Positions 48,117 to 58,382 of a DNA stretch of 64,000 nucleotides are shown here, piece after piece (positions within the stretch are counted from its first letter, which is position 1; every line of letters begins with the position of its first letter). Below the pieces are notes generated by a model. That model saw only the letters and a list, made by a program, of their open reading frames with translations. It had not been told where the DNA came from and did no database searches. Source of the stretch: Deltaproteobacteria bacterium (lineage in GTDB: Bacteria; Myxococcota_A; Polyangia; Fen-1088); assembly GCA_033763315.1 (NCBI GenBank), contig JANRKS010000022.1:107166-171165 (forward strand). The letters run 5' to 3'. Position numbers and translations under genes: made by a program.

Positions 48117-50976
48117 GGCAAAACTCACTGGTTGCGATCAACGCCTGAACGAAGGCACTCCACACATCGTCGGTGCCGCTTGCGACGAAGCTTTCCGCCA
48201 GCTGCAGCTCTTTCGGGTTCGGAACGCGCGCGAAGAGCAAGCGATAGGCCTCAGTGATCCGCAGCGCTGGCTTGCCTTTGGGCAGGCGTGCCGCTACCAG
48301 CGCTGACTGTTGCTGCACGAAGGGGCTATTGAGGAAAAACAGGCCCTGGCTTGGCACCGTGGTGGATTGGCGTTGCTCGGCCGTGAACCCAGGATCGGGA
48401 AAATCGAAAAGCGCCAAGAAGGGATCCTGCTGCTGCCGTGAGATGAAGGCATAAAGCGTGCGCCGATGGCTTTCGTGCAGCGACTGCGCGCTCGTGCCCC
48501 CCACCTTCATGTCCAGTTGCCCTGAAGCCGCAAGAAGGCTGTCGCGCAGCACCTCAACCTCGATGCGTCGGCGCGGATGCCGCCACAAAAGGCGTGCTTG
48601 TGGATCTTTGTCAGCGTAGGCAGGCTCCCAACGGCCCGAGAGTTGATATGTGGAAGACAGTAAGATCGTGCGGTGAAGCCACTTGGTGGATTGCCCGTTG
48701 GCAACGAAAGCGTACGCCAACCATTCCAGCAGTTCGGGATGGCTGGGCCTTTCGCCCAAAGTGCCAAAGTTGCTGGTGGTGGTCACCAGCCCGCGACCAA
48801 AGTGCTGCGCCCACACACGGTTGACGTACACGCGCGTCGCCAAAGGGTGCATCGCCACGTGTTCAGCCAATTCGCGACGTCCGCTGCCTTGTGCGTAGGC
48901 CGTGGGCGCTTGTTCCGAGAGCACGGTGAGAAAGCGTCTTGGCACTTCATCGCCCAATAAAGCAGGATTGCCCCGCACGTGAACACGCATGTTGGGGCTT
49001 TCGCGTTCCACGTCTTCCAGCGTGGCTATCGTGGGCACGGACGGAGGCGCAGCCGCTTGCAACGATTTGACGTCCGCTTGCAAGGTTGCATAAAGCGAAG
49101 CGGCAGGCCCATGCAGCCATCGCGTGATCTTGTTGCCTGCATAAAGCAGCACGCCATCTTGCGCAGGGATGCCCTCACCGGTCTCGTTCTTCCAATCGAC
49201 GAAAAGGTCAACGAACAGGTTCTTGTGTTCGCGCGATACCGCTTTGACTTCCACCTTGTTCGGCGCGACTGTTTCGTGTTCGGCGTAGTTTTGTCGAAAG
49301 GCGTCTGCGGGCCTGCGCTTTACGTACTTCGCAAGCACTGCCTGGTTTTCCGCTTCCGTGTCTTGCACCAACTGCAGGGCTTTAATCACCGTGCTCGCAA
49401 ACGCCTGCGCCACCGCATGCACGCGAGCGGCCGGCACGCGATGGCCCTTGCGCGCGGAGGCGATGGCCTTGTCCCAATCGTTCAAGAAGCCGTGATTGCG
49501 TTCTTTTGCTGGCTGAAGATAGGAGATCCACCGCGACAGAGTTTCTTCGTCCAGCCCCTGCGGGTGCGCGGCCGCAGGTTGCGCATTCACCAACACTTGC
49601 CAAGCCGCTTCCATGTATGCGCCTGTTTGATAGGCAAGCGCTGTGTAAAGCAGCTTTGCCTGCGTGGTCTCAAACTCTTTGAGACGTTCTTTCGCCTTTC
49701 GCACCAGCACGCCGTGGGCTTTTGCGCGCTCGGTTTCTAAGGTCGTTGCCAGCGAGCGTTCGGCATAGTGTGAACGCCAGAACACCCCCGCGATTCCATA
49801 GTAGTCGCGCAGGCTGATGGGATCGTACTTGTGATCATGGCAGCGCGCACAGGCAACGGTTAATCCCAGGAAGCCGCGGCTGAGCGTGTCCACGCGATCT
49901 TGCAGCTCCTCGGCAACCGATTTCGCCACGCCGCCCATGCCGTAATAGTAAGGACCAAGCGCCGCCCAACCCGTGGCAACAGCCATGGGCGTGTGGCCCA
50001 ACTTCGCGCGCGGCTCAAGCAGATCGCCCGCGATATGCGCCCGCACGAACGAATCGTAGGGCATGTCGCGATTGAAGGCTTCCACCACGAAATCGCGGTA
50101 TCGAAACGCGTGATCGTAACGGGCACCACCAACGTCTTGTTCCGCGTAGCGCATGACATCCAACCAGTGACGCCCCCAGCGCTCGCCGTAGTGGGGCGAA
50201 GCGAGCAGCCGGTCCACCACCTTCGCGTAGGCTTGCGGTGATTTGTCGGCGAGGAAGGCATCGAGTTCGGCCGGTGTTGGCGGTAAACCTATGAGATCGA
50301 AAGTCACCCGCCGCAGCAGCGTTTCGCGCGCGGCTGGTGGCGCAGGTGTCATCCCCTCCGCTTGCAGACGTGCAAGCACGAAGGCATCAATGGGGGACTT
50401 CACCGCAGTTTCATTCTTGACCGCCGGAACGGGCACGGGCCGCAGCGGCTGGAACGACCAGAACGCTTTGTGTTCAGGCTTAACGAACGCCGCTGTGTCG
50501 GCAGGCACAGCCGCCTTGGGCATGGGTGAGCCCGCCTTCACCCAGCGTTCGAGCAGCGCCACCTTGTGCGGTGCCAGCGGCTCGTCGGGTGGCATGTCCA
50601 AGTCATCGACGCGGCGCACGGCCTTGATGAGCAGGCTTTCGTCGGGGTTGCCCGGCACCATCACTTTGCCTGAATTCGAGCCGCGCAGAATGGCTTCCGG
50701 AGAGTCGAGTTTCAAACCACCGCTGGCTTTTTCACCGTGGCATTTCCCACACTCGGCGATGAGGAGGGGGCGTATTTGTGCCTCGAAAAAGGCCTCGCCC
50801 GCTTCGTCGGCCAACGCCGTGGCGGGGTCGCTGGCAAAGGCGGCCAACGCCAACGCCTGGGCAGCGCCCGCGAGATGTTTTCGGCTGATCACCACGAAAG
50901 GATACACGTCAACCACTATAGAGAACAGCCCCATTTCGGTCTTCCTCCAAGGAGGCGCCTCACCTCTACGCGGCAT
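48106..50976 (-). CDS. PSD1/PSCyt (DUF1549/DUF1553) cytochrome c-domain protein (start uncertain)
   Basis: FFE..IRP.L...CGKCH; PIDAF; LLRR..FDLIGLPP; YGERWGRHWLD; CARCHDHKYDP; PSHPELL. Confidence 0.9.
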   Translation of the reverse strand: MPRRGEAPPWRKTEMGLFSIVVDVYPFVVISRKHLAGAAQALALAAFASDPATALADEAGEAFFEAQIRPLLIAECGKCHGEKASGGLKLDSPEAILRGSNSGKVMVPGNPDESLLIKAVRRVDDLDMPPDEPLAPHKVALLERWVKAGSPMPKAAVPADTAAFVKPEHKAFWSFQPLRPVPVPAVKNETAVKSPIDAFVLARLQAEGMTPAPPAARETLLRRVTFDLIGLPPTPAELDAFLADKSPQAYAKVVDRLLASPHYGERWGRHWLDVMRYAEQDVGGARYDHAFRYRDFVVEAFNRDMPYDSFVRAHIAGDLLEPRAKLGHTPMAVATGWAALGPYYYGMGGVAKSVAEELQDRVDTLSRGFLGLTVACARCHDHKYDPISLRDYYGIAGVFWRSHYAERSLATTLETERAKAHGVLVRKAKERLKEFETTQAKLLYTALAYQTGAYMEAAWQVLVNAQPAAAHPQGLDEETLSRWISYLQPAKERNHGFLNDWDKAIASARKGHRVPAARVHAVAQAFASTVIKALQLVQDTEAENQAVLAKYVKRRPADAFRQNYAEHETVAPNKVEVKAVSREHKNLFVDLFVDWKNETGEGIPAQDGVLLYAGNKITRWLHGPAASLYATLQADVKSLQAAAPPSVPTIATLEDVERESPNMRVHVRGNPALLGDEVPRRFLTVLSEQAPTAYAQGSGRRELAEHVAMHPLATRVYVNRVWAQHFGRGLVTTTSNFGTLGERPSHPELLEWLAYAFVANGQSTKWLHRTILLSSTYQLSGRWEPAYADKDPQARLLWRHPRRRIEVEVLRDSLLAASGQLDMKVGGTSAQSLHESHRRTLYAFISRQQQDPFLALFDFPDPGFTAEQRQSTTVPSQGLFFLNSPFVQQQSALVAARLPKGKPALRITEAYRLLFARVPNPKELQLAESFVASGTDDVWSAFVQALIATSEFCHVD

Positions 50977-51069
50977 CCTTAGCCATTTCTCGTAGACAGA
51001 ACTGCCCAGGGATTTGTCTGCGACGGTGGCCTATTCTACGCCCCCACTCGCGAGAACATTACTTTCCGT

Positions 51070-53268
51070 ATGAAGCGCATCATCACTCAGGCAGCATTTG
51101 GGGCTATCTCGATCGTCGTATCCGCGTCTTCCGCGTTCGCAAGCGACGATATGGTGGCCCTGTTGCGCCGCATGACGCTTGAGGAAAAGGTCGGCCAGCT
51201 TGTGCAAATGAGCTCGAACGACCTTACGGGCCCGGACAAAGGCCAGGGCGGCATCGATGAGAAGCTTGATTTCATCCGTAAAGGCCAAGTGGGGGCCGTG
51301 GTCAACATTGCATCACCAGATAAAGTGAATCGCCTGCAAAACGTTGCGTTGCGAGAATCGCGCCTCGGCATTCCGCTGTTGTTTGGTTTTGACGTCGTTC
51401 ATGGGCTGCACACCACCTTTCCAATTCCGCTGGCCGAATCCTGCAGTTGGGATCTGGAACTCATGCAGGCGACGGCGGCCGCTGCTGCGCGTGAGTCATA
51501 CAACGCAGGCGTGCGATGGGTTTACGCACCCATGGTGGATGTCTCCCGGGATGCGCGCTGGGGGCGCGTGGCTGAAGGTGCGGGTGAAGATCCCTACTTA
51601 GGAAGTCTCATTGCCGCAGCCCGAGTGAAGGGCTTTCAGACGATCGAAGCAGGCCGCGTAGGGAAGGTTCTTGCGACCGTAAAACACTTTGCCGCTTACG
51701 GCGCCCCTGAAGCGGGACGCGACTATGCTGGCGTCGACATTTCTGAATCAACCCTGCGCAATGTTTACCTGCCGCCGTTTCGAGCAGCCATCGAGGCAGG
51801 CGCAGCTTCGCTGATGTCTGCGTTTCATGAAATCTCTGGCGTGCCCTGCACCGCCAATCCACATCTTCTCGACGAGATCCTGCGCAAGGAATGGGGCTGG
51901 AAAGGCTTTGTGGTCAGTGACTGGGGCGCGGTTGATGAATTGCGAACGCACGGGTTTGCGTCGTCGGTGGAGGCCGCAACCCAAAAGGCCATGCGTGCTG
52001 GCACCGACATCGATATGTGCTCAGGGGCCTATAACGCCAGCCTTGCAGCGTTGGTCAAGAACAAGCGATTGGATGTGGCCTCGCTTGATCGCGCCGTTTT
52101 GCGCGTGCTTGAGGGCAAGAAGGCCGCCGGGCTTTTTGCGCAACCCCTCGCGACGCAGAACAACGAAGACTGGCCGCAACACAAGCCTCTGGCGATGAGG
52201 GCCGCGCTCGAATCGATTGTGCTTTTGAAGAACGAGGGGAACCTTCTGCCCTTGGCCAAGACCACGAAACGCATCGCGGTCATTGGCCCTTTTGCGGAGA
52301 CCAAACTCGAAGCCCTAGGCAGTTGGTGGGCCTTGGGCCGCAAGGAAGACGTGGTGACGCTGGCCGCCGGCATTCGATCTTTGGTTGCGCCAGGGACCGA
52401 AGTTCGTGTGGCGCTTGGAACCGATTTTCGCGGCAAAACCAAGAACATTGAAGATGCCGCTGCTCTGGCGAAATGGTCAGACATCGTGGTGCTATCCCTG
52501 GGCGATCCGGGTTGGAACACGGGCGAGAACAACAGCAAGGTATCCTTGGATTTGTCGCTGCCGCAGCAAGAGCTGGTGCGGGCGGTCAAGGCCACCAGAA
52601 AACCGGTGGTGGTGGTACTGACAAACGGTGGCCCACTATCGATCACGTCAGAAGTCGATTCATTTTCCGCCGTTGTTGAGGCTTGGGCGTTAGGACAAGC
52701 GGCAGGCACGGCCATCGCGCAGGTCTTGTTCGGCGAACATAACCCTTCGGGCAAACTCACCATCACTTTCCCTCGTCATGTCGGCCAAGTGCCCATTTAC
52801 CATGCCCACAAAAACTCCGGCCGCCCACCGACTCAGCCCGGCGGATCGCACTACACCGATTCACCCTCCGATCCGCTGTTTGTTTTCGGACACGGTCTTT
52901 CCTACACAACGTTCGCTTATGAAAACCTCCGCATCAACCCTACCGAACCGAAGATCGGCCAAACCGTCACGGTTGAAGCGACGGTGACCAATACGGGGAA
53001 ACGAGCAGGCGTTGAGGTGGCTCAGCTCTATGTGCAAGACGAAGTGGGTTCGCTGACGCGACCTGTGCGCGAGCTCAAAGGGTTTGAACGCGTTTCACTC
53101 GAGCCAGGCGCTTCGCATCGGCTTCGCTTCACGCTCACGGCCCAGCATCTCGGCTACTTTGACAACGCGGGGCGCTTTCTTGTTGAGCCAGGCTGGTTCA
53201 AGGCCTTTGTCGGCACCGACTCGAATGCATCACTCACCGGACGCTTTGAGCTGAAACAAACTCGCTGA
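51070..53268 (+). CDS. GH3 beta-glucosidase (BglX-like), secreted
   Basis: MTLEEKVGQL, DVVHG, RWGR..E..GEDP, KHFAAYG, VSDW nucleophile, ESIVLLKN, FGHGLSYT, Fn3-like tail. Confidence 0.94.
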   Translation: MKRIITQAAFGAISIVVSASSAFASDDMVALLRRMTLEEKVGQLVQMSSNDLTGPDKGQGGIDEKLDFIRKGQVGAVVNIASPDKVNRLQNVALRESRLGIPLLFGFDVVHGLHTTFPIPLAESCSWDLELMQATAAAAARESYNAGVRWVYAPMVDVSRDARWGRVAEGAGEDPYLGSLIAAARVKGFQTIEAGRVGKVLATVKHFAAYGAPEAGRDYAGVDISESTLRNVYLPPFRAAIEAGAASLMSAFHEISGVPCTANPHLLDEILRKEWGWKGFVVSDWGAVDELRTHGFASSVEAATQKAMRAGTDIDMCSGAYNASLAALVKNKRLDVASLDRAVLRVLEGKKAAGLFAQPLATQNNEDWPQHKPLAMRAALESIVLLKNEGNLLPLAKTTKRIAVIGPFAETKLEALGSWWALGRKEDVVTLAAGIRSLVAPGTEVRVALGTDFRGKTKNIEDAAALAKWSDIVVLSLGDPGWNTGENNSKVSLDLSLPQQELVRAVKATRKPVVVVLTNGGPLSITSEVDSFSAVVEAWALGQAAGTAIAQVLFGEHNPSGKLTITFPRHVGQVPIYHAHKNSGRPPTQPGGSHYTDSPSDPLFVFGHGLSYTTFAYENLRINPTEPKIGQTVTVEATVTNTGKRAGVEVAQLYVQDEVGSLTRPVRELKGFERVSLEPGASHRLRFTLTAQHLGYFDNAGRFLVEPGWFKAFVGTDSNASLTGRFELKQTR

Positions 53269-53530
53269 GTTAACGCCGAACGCCATCGTAAGGGCGGCGG
53301 CGGCCAAGATCGGTCGCGGCGAAGGATGTGGAGTCAGAACGCACGCGCACACAGCGATTTCGTTTCTTGCAGATGCGGTTTACGTCCATTTGGGAAACGG
53401 GATATCGCGAAGTGTTACGAACCGCCGACTGGTTCTTCGCCATTAGCGCCGGCAAGGAGGGACGTTTGCCTCGGGCATGGCCGTTGCACATGAGCGAAGC
53501 ATGGGGGCGGCTCGTGATTCTTCGCGGCCG

Positions 53531-53557
53531 CGTCGAATTTAGCGACGTTCATACGTC
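53531..53557 (+). promoter_or_regulatory. Possible ECF sigma promoter (ECF42-like)
   Basis: CGTCGA-N17-CGTC, 20 bp upstream of the SRPBCC ATG. Confidence 0.4.
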
Positions 53558-53577
53558 GTGTTCAATGGAGGAACAAC

Positions 53578-54021
53578 ATGCCAGGTACCGTAAAGTTACA
53601 TCGTGTCATCGCCACCAGTCCCGATAAGATCTACAGAGCGTTCCTAGAAGCCGACGCCATTGCCAGCTGGCTGCCGCCCTATGGCTTCCTCTGCAGCGTG
53701 CAGGAGTTAGATGGGAAGGTGGGTGGCCGCTATAAGATGTCGTTTAGAAACTTCACCACGGGTCAGACCCATTCATTCGGCGGCACCTACAAAGAATTGG
53801 TACCGAACCAACGTTTGGCCTACACCGACGTTTTCGACGATCCTAGGATGCCCGGCGAAATGGACACGACCGTCATTTTGAAGGCGGTGTCGGTTGGTAC
53901 GGAAATCACGATTCAGCAAGAGGGGCTCCCTGACGCCATCCCTGTCGACGGTTGTTACCTGGGCTGGCAGGACTCACTGCAAAAGCTCGAGAAGCTTGTG
54001 GTACCCAACATCGTTGAGTGA
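53578..54021 (+). CDS. SRPBCC/AHA1-family protein
   Basis: V.LHRV....PDKIYRAF...WLPP.GF...FGG.Y.ELVP...CYLGWQDSL; GGAGG RBS. Confidence 0.92.
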   Translation: MPGTVKLHRVIATSPDKIYRAFLEADAIASWLPPYGFLCSVQELDGKVGGRYKMSFRNFTTGQTHSFGGTYKELVPNQRLAYTDVFDDPRMPGEMDTTVILKAVSVGTEITIQQEGLPDAIPVDGCYLGWQDSLQKLEKLVVPNIVE

Positions 54022-54032
54022 AAGGAAACGCA

Positions 54033-54386
54033 ATGTCTTACATCGATGGATTCGTAGCAGCCGTACCGAACGCAAATAAGCAGAAGTTTATTGACAACGC
54101 GAAGGAGGTAGATGAGTTCTTCATTGAGAATGGCGCCATCCGTGTTGTCGAATGTTGGGGCGATGACGTGCCCGAAGGTAAAACAACTGACTTTCGGCGC
54201 GCGGTGAAAGCCGAAGCCAATGAAAGTGTGGTCTTCTCGTGGGTCGAGTGGCCCAATAAAGAAACCCGGCAGGCCGCCATGCAGAAGATGTCAGACGACC
54301 CCCGCATGAAAGGGATGCAACTTCCATTCGACGGACAGCGAATGATCTACGGCGGATTCGAAAACATCTTCGAGCTAAAAAAGTAA
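54033..54386 (+). CDS. DUF1428 (YbaA-like) protein
   Basis: MSYIDGFV.AVP...ECWGDDVP.GK.TDF...VVFSW...PFDG.RMIYGGF. Confidence 0.93.
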   Translation: MSYIDGFVAAVPNANKQKFIDNAKEVDEFFIENGAIRVVECWGDDVPEGKTTDFRRAVKAEANESVVFSWVEWPNKETRQAAMQKMSDDPRMKGMQLPFDGQRMIYGGFENIFELKK

Positions 54387-54458
54387 GGCGCTTGGCGAGC
54401 GAAACCGCGTCTTGGGCGAATCTGGTCACCACGGATAAGGGTGGCCATTGACTTAGCG

Positions 54459-55352
54459 TCAACGTCGCAGCGCTGTGGGTGACTTTCCGGTTTCCCTCCG
54501 CAGCGTTTTGTTAAAGTGGTGCAGATCTGGAATGCCCACCTGTTGTGCGATCTCCTTAATGGGCAAGGATGTGAATCGCAACAAATGCTTGGCGCGCAAA
54601 ACACGTTGTCTACGAATGTACCCCAGGACCGTTGTGCCTTGATGCTCGCGAAACAGCCGCAACAAGTGGTTGTGCGAAACATCAAGTTCGCGCGCCAGCC
54701 GGGAAACCACCAGCGGCCGCGACAAATGAAAGTCGATGATCGTATAGGCGCGCCTAAGGACTGGGTGAATGGCCGGATCGCGCCAGGGGCCCACAGGCTG
54801 GTCCTGCGAAAGTTGCCACAAGAAATCCCACAAGCGAATTTCGGCGCGTAGCCGATTCGTGGCCGCCATGGCGAACGCTTCTTCAAGTGAGCGATTAAGC
54901 CCGGCAAAGCGTTCGCCCAAGGGCTGCATGGCCCGCAGGGACGTTCGCTTCGCGTTCACGCCACAGGGCCAATGAAACAGAACAAAATTGTGACTTGATC
55001 TGCCCGTGAACTTGTAGCGAAGGACGCTGCCCACGGGAAACAAACTAAAGCTGCCGTTCTCAATAGGAATCGTAAACGGCAACCGCGCATCCGCAGGCAA
55101 CTGCATCGGCAGCCCCGGCGGCAACGACATCAACGTCACAGTGGCGCCTGGCTTGTAAGCGTGGTGCATGTGCAAGCTCCACCAATCGAGGGTGTAGTCT
55201 TCGACACCCCGAAGCCCGTGTGTGGTTATGCCGCAAAGGTGGATGCGGGGCCGGTTGTGCAAAGGCGCCAAACAGGTGGCTGATTGCCAAAGAGGAGGAA
55301 TCACAATGTTGATTGTGTACCAGTAAATGTGGATAGGGGCCATTTCGCTCAA
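54459..55352 (-). CDS. AraC-family regulator (true start probably downstream)
   Basis: C-terminal double HTH: LARELDVSHNHL.RLF...IA..VG..D.HHF.K......SP. Confidence 0.9.
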   Translation of the reverse strand: MSEMAPIHIYWYTINIVIPPLWQSATCLAPLHNRPRIHLCGITTHGLRGVEDYTLDWWSLHMHHAYKPGATVTLMSLPPGLPMQLPADARLPFTIPIENGSFSLFPVGSVLRYKFTGRSSHNFVLFHWPCGVNAKRTSLRAMQPLGERFAGLNRSLEEAFAMAATNRLRAEIRLWDFLWQLSQDQPVGPWRDPAIHPVLRRAYTIIDFHLSRPLVVSRLARELDVSHNHLLRLFREHQGTTVLGYIRRQRVLRAKHLLRFTSLPIKEIAQQVGIPDLHHFNKTLRRETGKSPTALRR

Positions 55353-55379
55353 CCCACGATGGCCTAGGTTAAAAGTTCA

Positions 55380-58379
55380 ATGCGGTGGCAAATGCGTGAC
55401 GTCGTTCTGTGGGCCGCGGTAGCCGTGGTGGTTAGCCGCGGCGGCGTGGCCTTGGCCGCAAATCCACCAACAGCAGCTGGGGGTCATGCCGCGGCGGTCG
55501 ACTATGACCGCGACATCAAACCCATCTTGTCGGCGCGGTGCTTTCAATGTCACGGGCCGGACGCGGGGACGCGCAAGGCCGATCTGCGTCTGGACACCCA
55601 GCGCGGGCTGTTCGCAACGCTTGACGAAGGCCCAGCGATCTCGCCCGGCCATCCCGAAGCGAGCGTCGCTTTTCGCCGCGTGGCCACCTCAGACCTCGCG
55701 GAGCGGATGCCCCCGCCTCCCAAAGGAGAAGGCAAAGATCAGCCGCTAACGCCCACGCAGATTGAGCTTGTTCGCCGTTGGATCGCACAGGGCGCCGTGT
55801 GGCGTGCACATTGGTCGTTGGAACCTATCGTGCCAACCAGGCCACCTACGGATGGCGGGTCCGGTTGGTCGAAGAATTTTATCGATTCCTTCGTTGAGCA
55901 ACGCCTTGCACGCGAGGGCATTGCCCACGGTGAGCGTGCATCGCCTCTGACCTTGCTTAGACGGGTTGCTTTGGATCTAACGGGTTTGCCACCTTCGCCC
56001 GAGGCCGTAAAGGCGTTTGTCGCCGACCGTCGTCCCGGCGCCTACGAGCGCGCCGTGGATCGTTTGTTGAACACGCCTGCCTACGCCGAGCACATGACAC
56101 GTTATTGGCTGGACCTTGCGCGCTACGGCGATACGCATGGCTTGCACCGCGACGAGAACCGGGCGCTTTGGCCTTACCGGGATTGGGTCATCAATGCCTT
56201 CGCCCAGAACATGGCTTTTGATCGCTTCACCACGTTGCAACTGGCTGGTGATCTGTTGCCTGGTGCCACCCTTTCCGACCGGGTGGCAACCGGGTTCTTG
56301 CGTGCCAATGTGACCACCAGCGAAGGTGGCGCCATCGGAGAGGAGTTTTTGACTCGCTACGCGGCGGATCGAGCAGAGACTGTGGCCACCACTTGGTTGG
56401 GGCTGACGGCGCGGTGTGCGTCTTGCCACGATCACAAATATGACCCCATCACGCAGAAGGATTTTTATCAACTCACCGCCTACTGGAGCGGCATTGATGC
56501 CTTTGCGATGGACGAGAACTTAGAACGGGTGCCGCCTTGCGTGCAGCTCCCGACGCCGGCGCAACAACGTGAGCGCGCGCGGCTTGCCCGCAGCATTGCC
56601 GACGGTGAACGTGCCCTCTTGCGGGCGCCTAACGCGACTTGGGATCGCGCGCAGAGCGCCTGGGAAGCGCGCGTGCGTGCCCGTTCGCAAGACAAAACGG
56701 GTTCGCTTTCGCAAACGAAGCTTTCTGATTGGTGGGCGTTGGGCTGCATCGGATGGGGAAGCGTTCACGAGTCGCTTGGGCGAGGTTTGGATCTCGAAGG
56801 AAGCTCAATCGATCTTGAGGTTCCCTGGACCTCACAGGGCCACGTTTTCTCCTGGACCAAGCGCCCCGAATGGAGTGACGCCGTTATCGTAGACGAGCTG
56901 CAAGGTGATCTTTGTGCCACGTATCTATTTCGCTCTATTGAGACCGCCTCAGCCAGAACGCTCTCGGTTTCACTGGGCGCAAAAGATGGGGTGAAGGTTT
57001 GGCTCAACGGCAAAGCCGTCCTCGAGAAACTGACTTACAGCCAGGCCACCGTGGATCAGCTCACGCTGAACCTGGAACTGACTTCGGGTCGCAACCAACT
57101 CTTGGTGAAGGTGGCAAATCAAAGCGCCAACGGTCAGCTGTTTTTCGCCCCACGCGCCACGACGAAGGACGACAACATCGTTAGTGAGAACGTTCTGCGC
57201 CTTATGGCAATCGCACCGGGCAAACGCACCGCCGCCCAGATGGCCGCTGTGCGTTCATACTACCGCCTTGTGGTCAGCGCTGACTCAGCGCTTGCCCGCA
57301 AGAGATCACAACTCAAGCAGGATCGTGACGCTTGGTCGGCGCTTGAGCGCCAGGTGCCCACAACGTTGGTGGCGGCTGAGCACACCCCCCAACGCCCTGT
57401 CTTCGTTCTTGACCGGGGACAGTACGATCTGCCCCGCGAACGTGTTTGGCCAAACGTGCCCTCCGCTCTGCACCCTTTGCCGCCCACGGCGCCGCGCAAC
57501 CGGTTGGGCTTCGCGCAGTGGCTATTCGCGGATGACAATCCGCTAACGGCTAGAGTTACCGTGAATCGCTTTTGGCAGCAGATCTTCGGCGTGGGGTTGG
57601 TGAAGACCTCAGAGGATTTTGGCGTGCAAGGCGAACGTCCAAGCCACCCCGAATTGTTAGATGCGTTGGCGTATGAATTCAAATCGAGCGGTTGGGATGT
57701 GAAAGCCCTACTCCGCTTATTGGTCACCTCGGCTACGTACCAGCAAAGTGGCGCGGCAGAGGCATCCAAGTGGCTCTCCGATCCCGAGAACCGCCTGCTT
57801 GCTCGTGGGCCTCGTGGGCGCCTTGATGCCGAGGTGTTGCGCGATCAAGCGCTTGCTGTAAGCGGGCTGCTGGTCCGCCGCGTGGGCGGGCGCAGCGTTA
57901 AACCGCCACAACCGCCGGGGCTTTGGGAAGAAGGCTCGCTGCCAGGCGCCAACACCAACACCTTCGTTCCGGATACAGGCGATGACGTCCTTCGGCGCAG
58001 CCTCTACACATTCATCAAGCGCACCTCCCCACCGCCCACGATGCTTACGTTCGATGCCCCTTCACGCGAGTCGTGCACAGCACGCCGTGAGCGAACGAAC
58101 ACGCCCATGCAGGCGCTGGCGTTGCTCAACGAACCGCAGTTCGTGGCTGCGGCACGCGCCTTGGCTCAAACCGCGCACCGACAAAAGGCAACACTGCAAG
58201 ATCGAATCGTCTTTGTCATGCAGCGGGCGCTGTTGCGATCACCCACGACCTCTGAACAACAGGCCCTTGAGCAATTGTGGGCACAAGAATCGCAGTCTCA
58301 CCCTCAAGACCCGTTACGTGGACTGACAAGCGTTGCCTCGGTCGTGATGAACTTGGACGAATTCATCAGCAAGGAATAG
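55380..58379 (+). CDS. PSD1/PSCyt (DUF1549/DUF1553) cytochrome c-domain protein
   Basis: DY.RDIKPILS..CFQCHGPD; WLDLARYGDTHG; CASCHDHKYDP; NPLTARV.VNR.W; TNTP.QAL.LLN. Confidence 0.92.
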   Translation: MRWQMRDVVLWAAVAVVVSRGGVALAANPPTAAGGHAAAVDYDRDIKPILSARCFQCHGPDAGTRKADLRLDTQRGLFATLDEGPAISPGHPEASVAFRRVATSDLAERMPPPPKGEGKDQPLTPTQIELVRRWIAQGAVWRAHWSLEPIVPTRPPTDGGSGWSKNFIDSFVEQRLAREGIAHGERASPLTLLRRVALDLTGLPPSPEAVKAFVADRRPGAYERAVDRLLNTPAYAEHMTRYWLDLARYGDTHGLHRDENRALWPYRDWVINAFAQNMAFDRFTTLQLAGDLLPGATLSDRVATGFLRANVTTSEGGAIGEEFLTRYAADRAETVATTWLGLTARCASCHDHKYDPITQKDFYQLTAYWSGIDAFAMDENLERVPPCVQLPTPAQQRERARLARSIADGERALLRAPNATWDRAQSAWEARVRARSQDKTGSLSQTKLSDWWALGCIGWGSVHESLGRGLDLEGSSIDLEVPWTSQGHVFSWTKRPEWSDAVIVDELQGDLCATYLFRSIETASARTLSVSLGAKDGVKVWLNGKAVLEKLTYSQATVDQLTLNLELTSGRNQLLVKVANQSANGQLFFAPRATTKDDNIVSENVLRLMAIAPGKRTAAQMAAVRSYYRLVVSADSALARKRSQLKQDRDAWSALERQVPTTLVAAEHTPQRPVFVLDRGQYDLPRERVWPNVPSALHPLPPTAPRNRLGFAQWLFADDNPLTARVTVNRFWQQIFGVGLVKTSEDFGVQGERPSHPELLDALAYEFKSSGWDVKALLRLLVTSATYQQSGAAEASKWLSDPENRLLARGPRGRLDAEVLRDQALAVSGLLVRRVGGRSVKPPQPPGLWEEGSLPGANTNTFVPDTGDDVLRRSLYTFIKRTSPPPTMLTFDAPSRESCTARRERTNTPMQALALLNEPQFVAAARALAQTAHRQKATLQDRIVFVMQRALLRSPTTSEQQALEQLWAQESQSHPQDPLRGLTSVASVVMNLDEFISKE

Positions 58380-58382
58380 ACG

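Noticed and set aside
53270-53530. Short ORFs or ncRNA in the GH3-SRPBCC gap
   Set aside because: No motif, RBS or convincing structure recognised.
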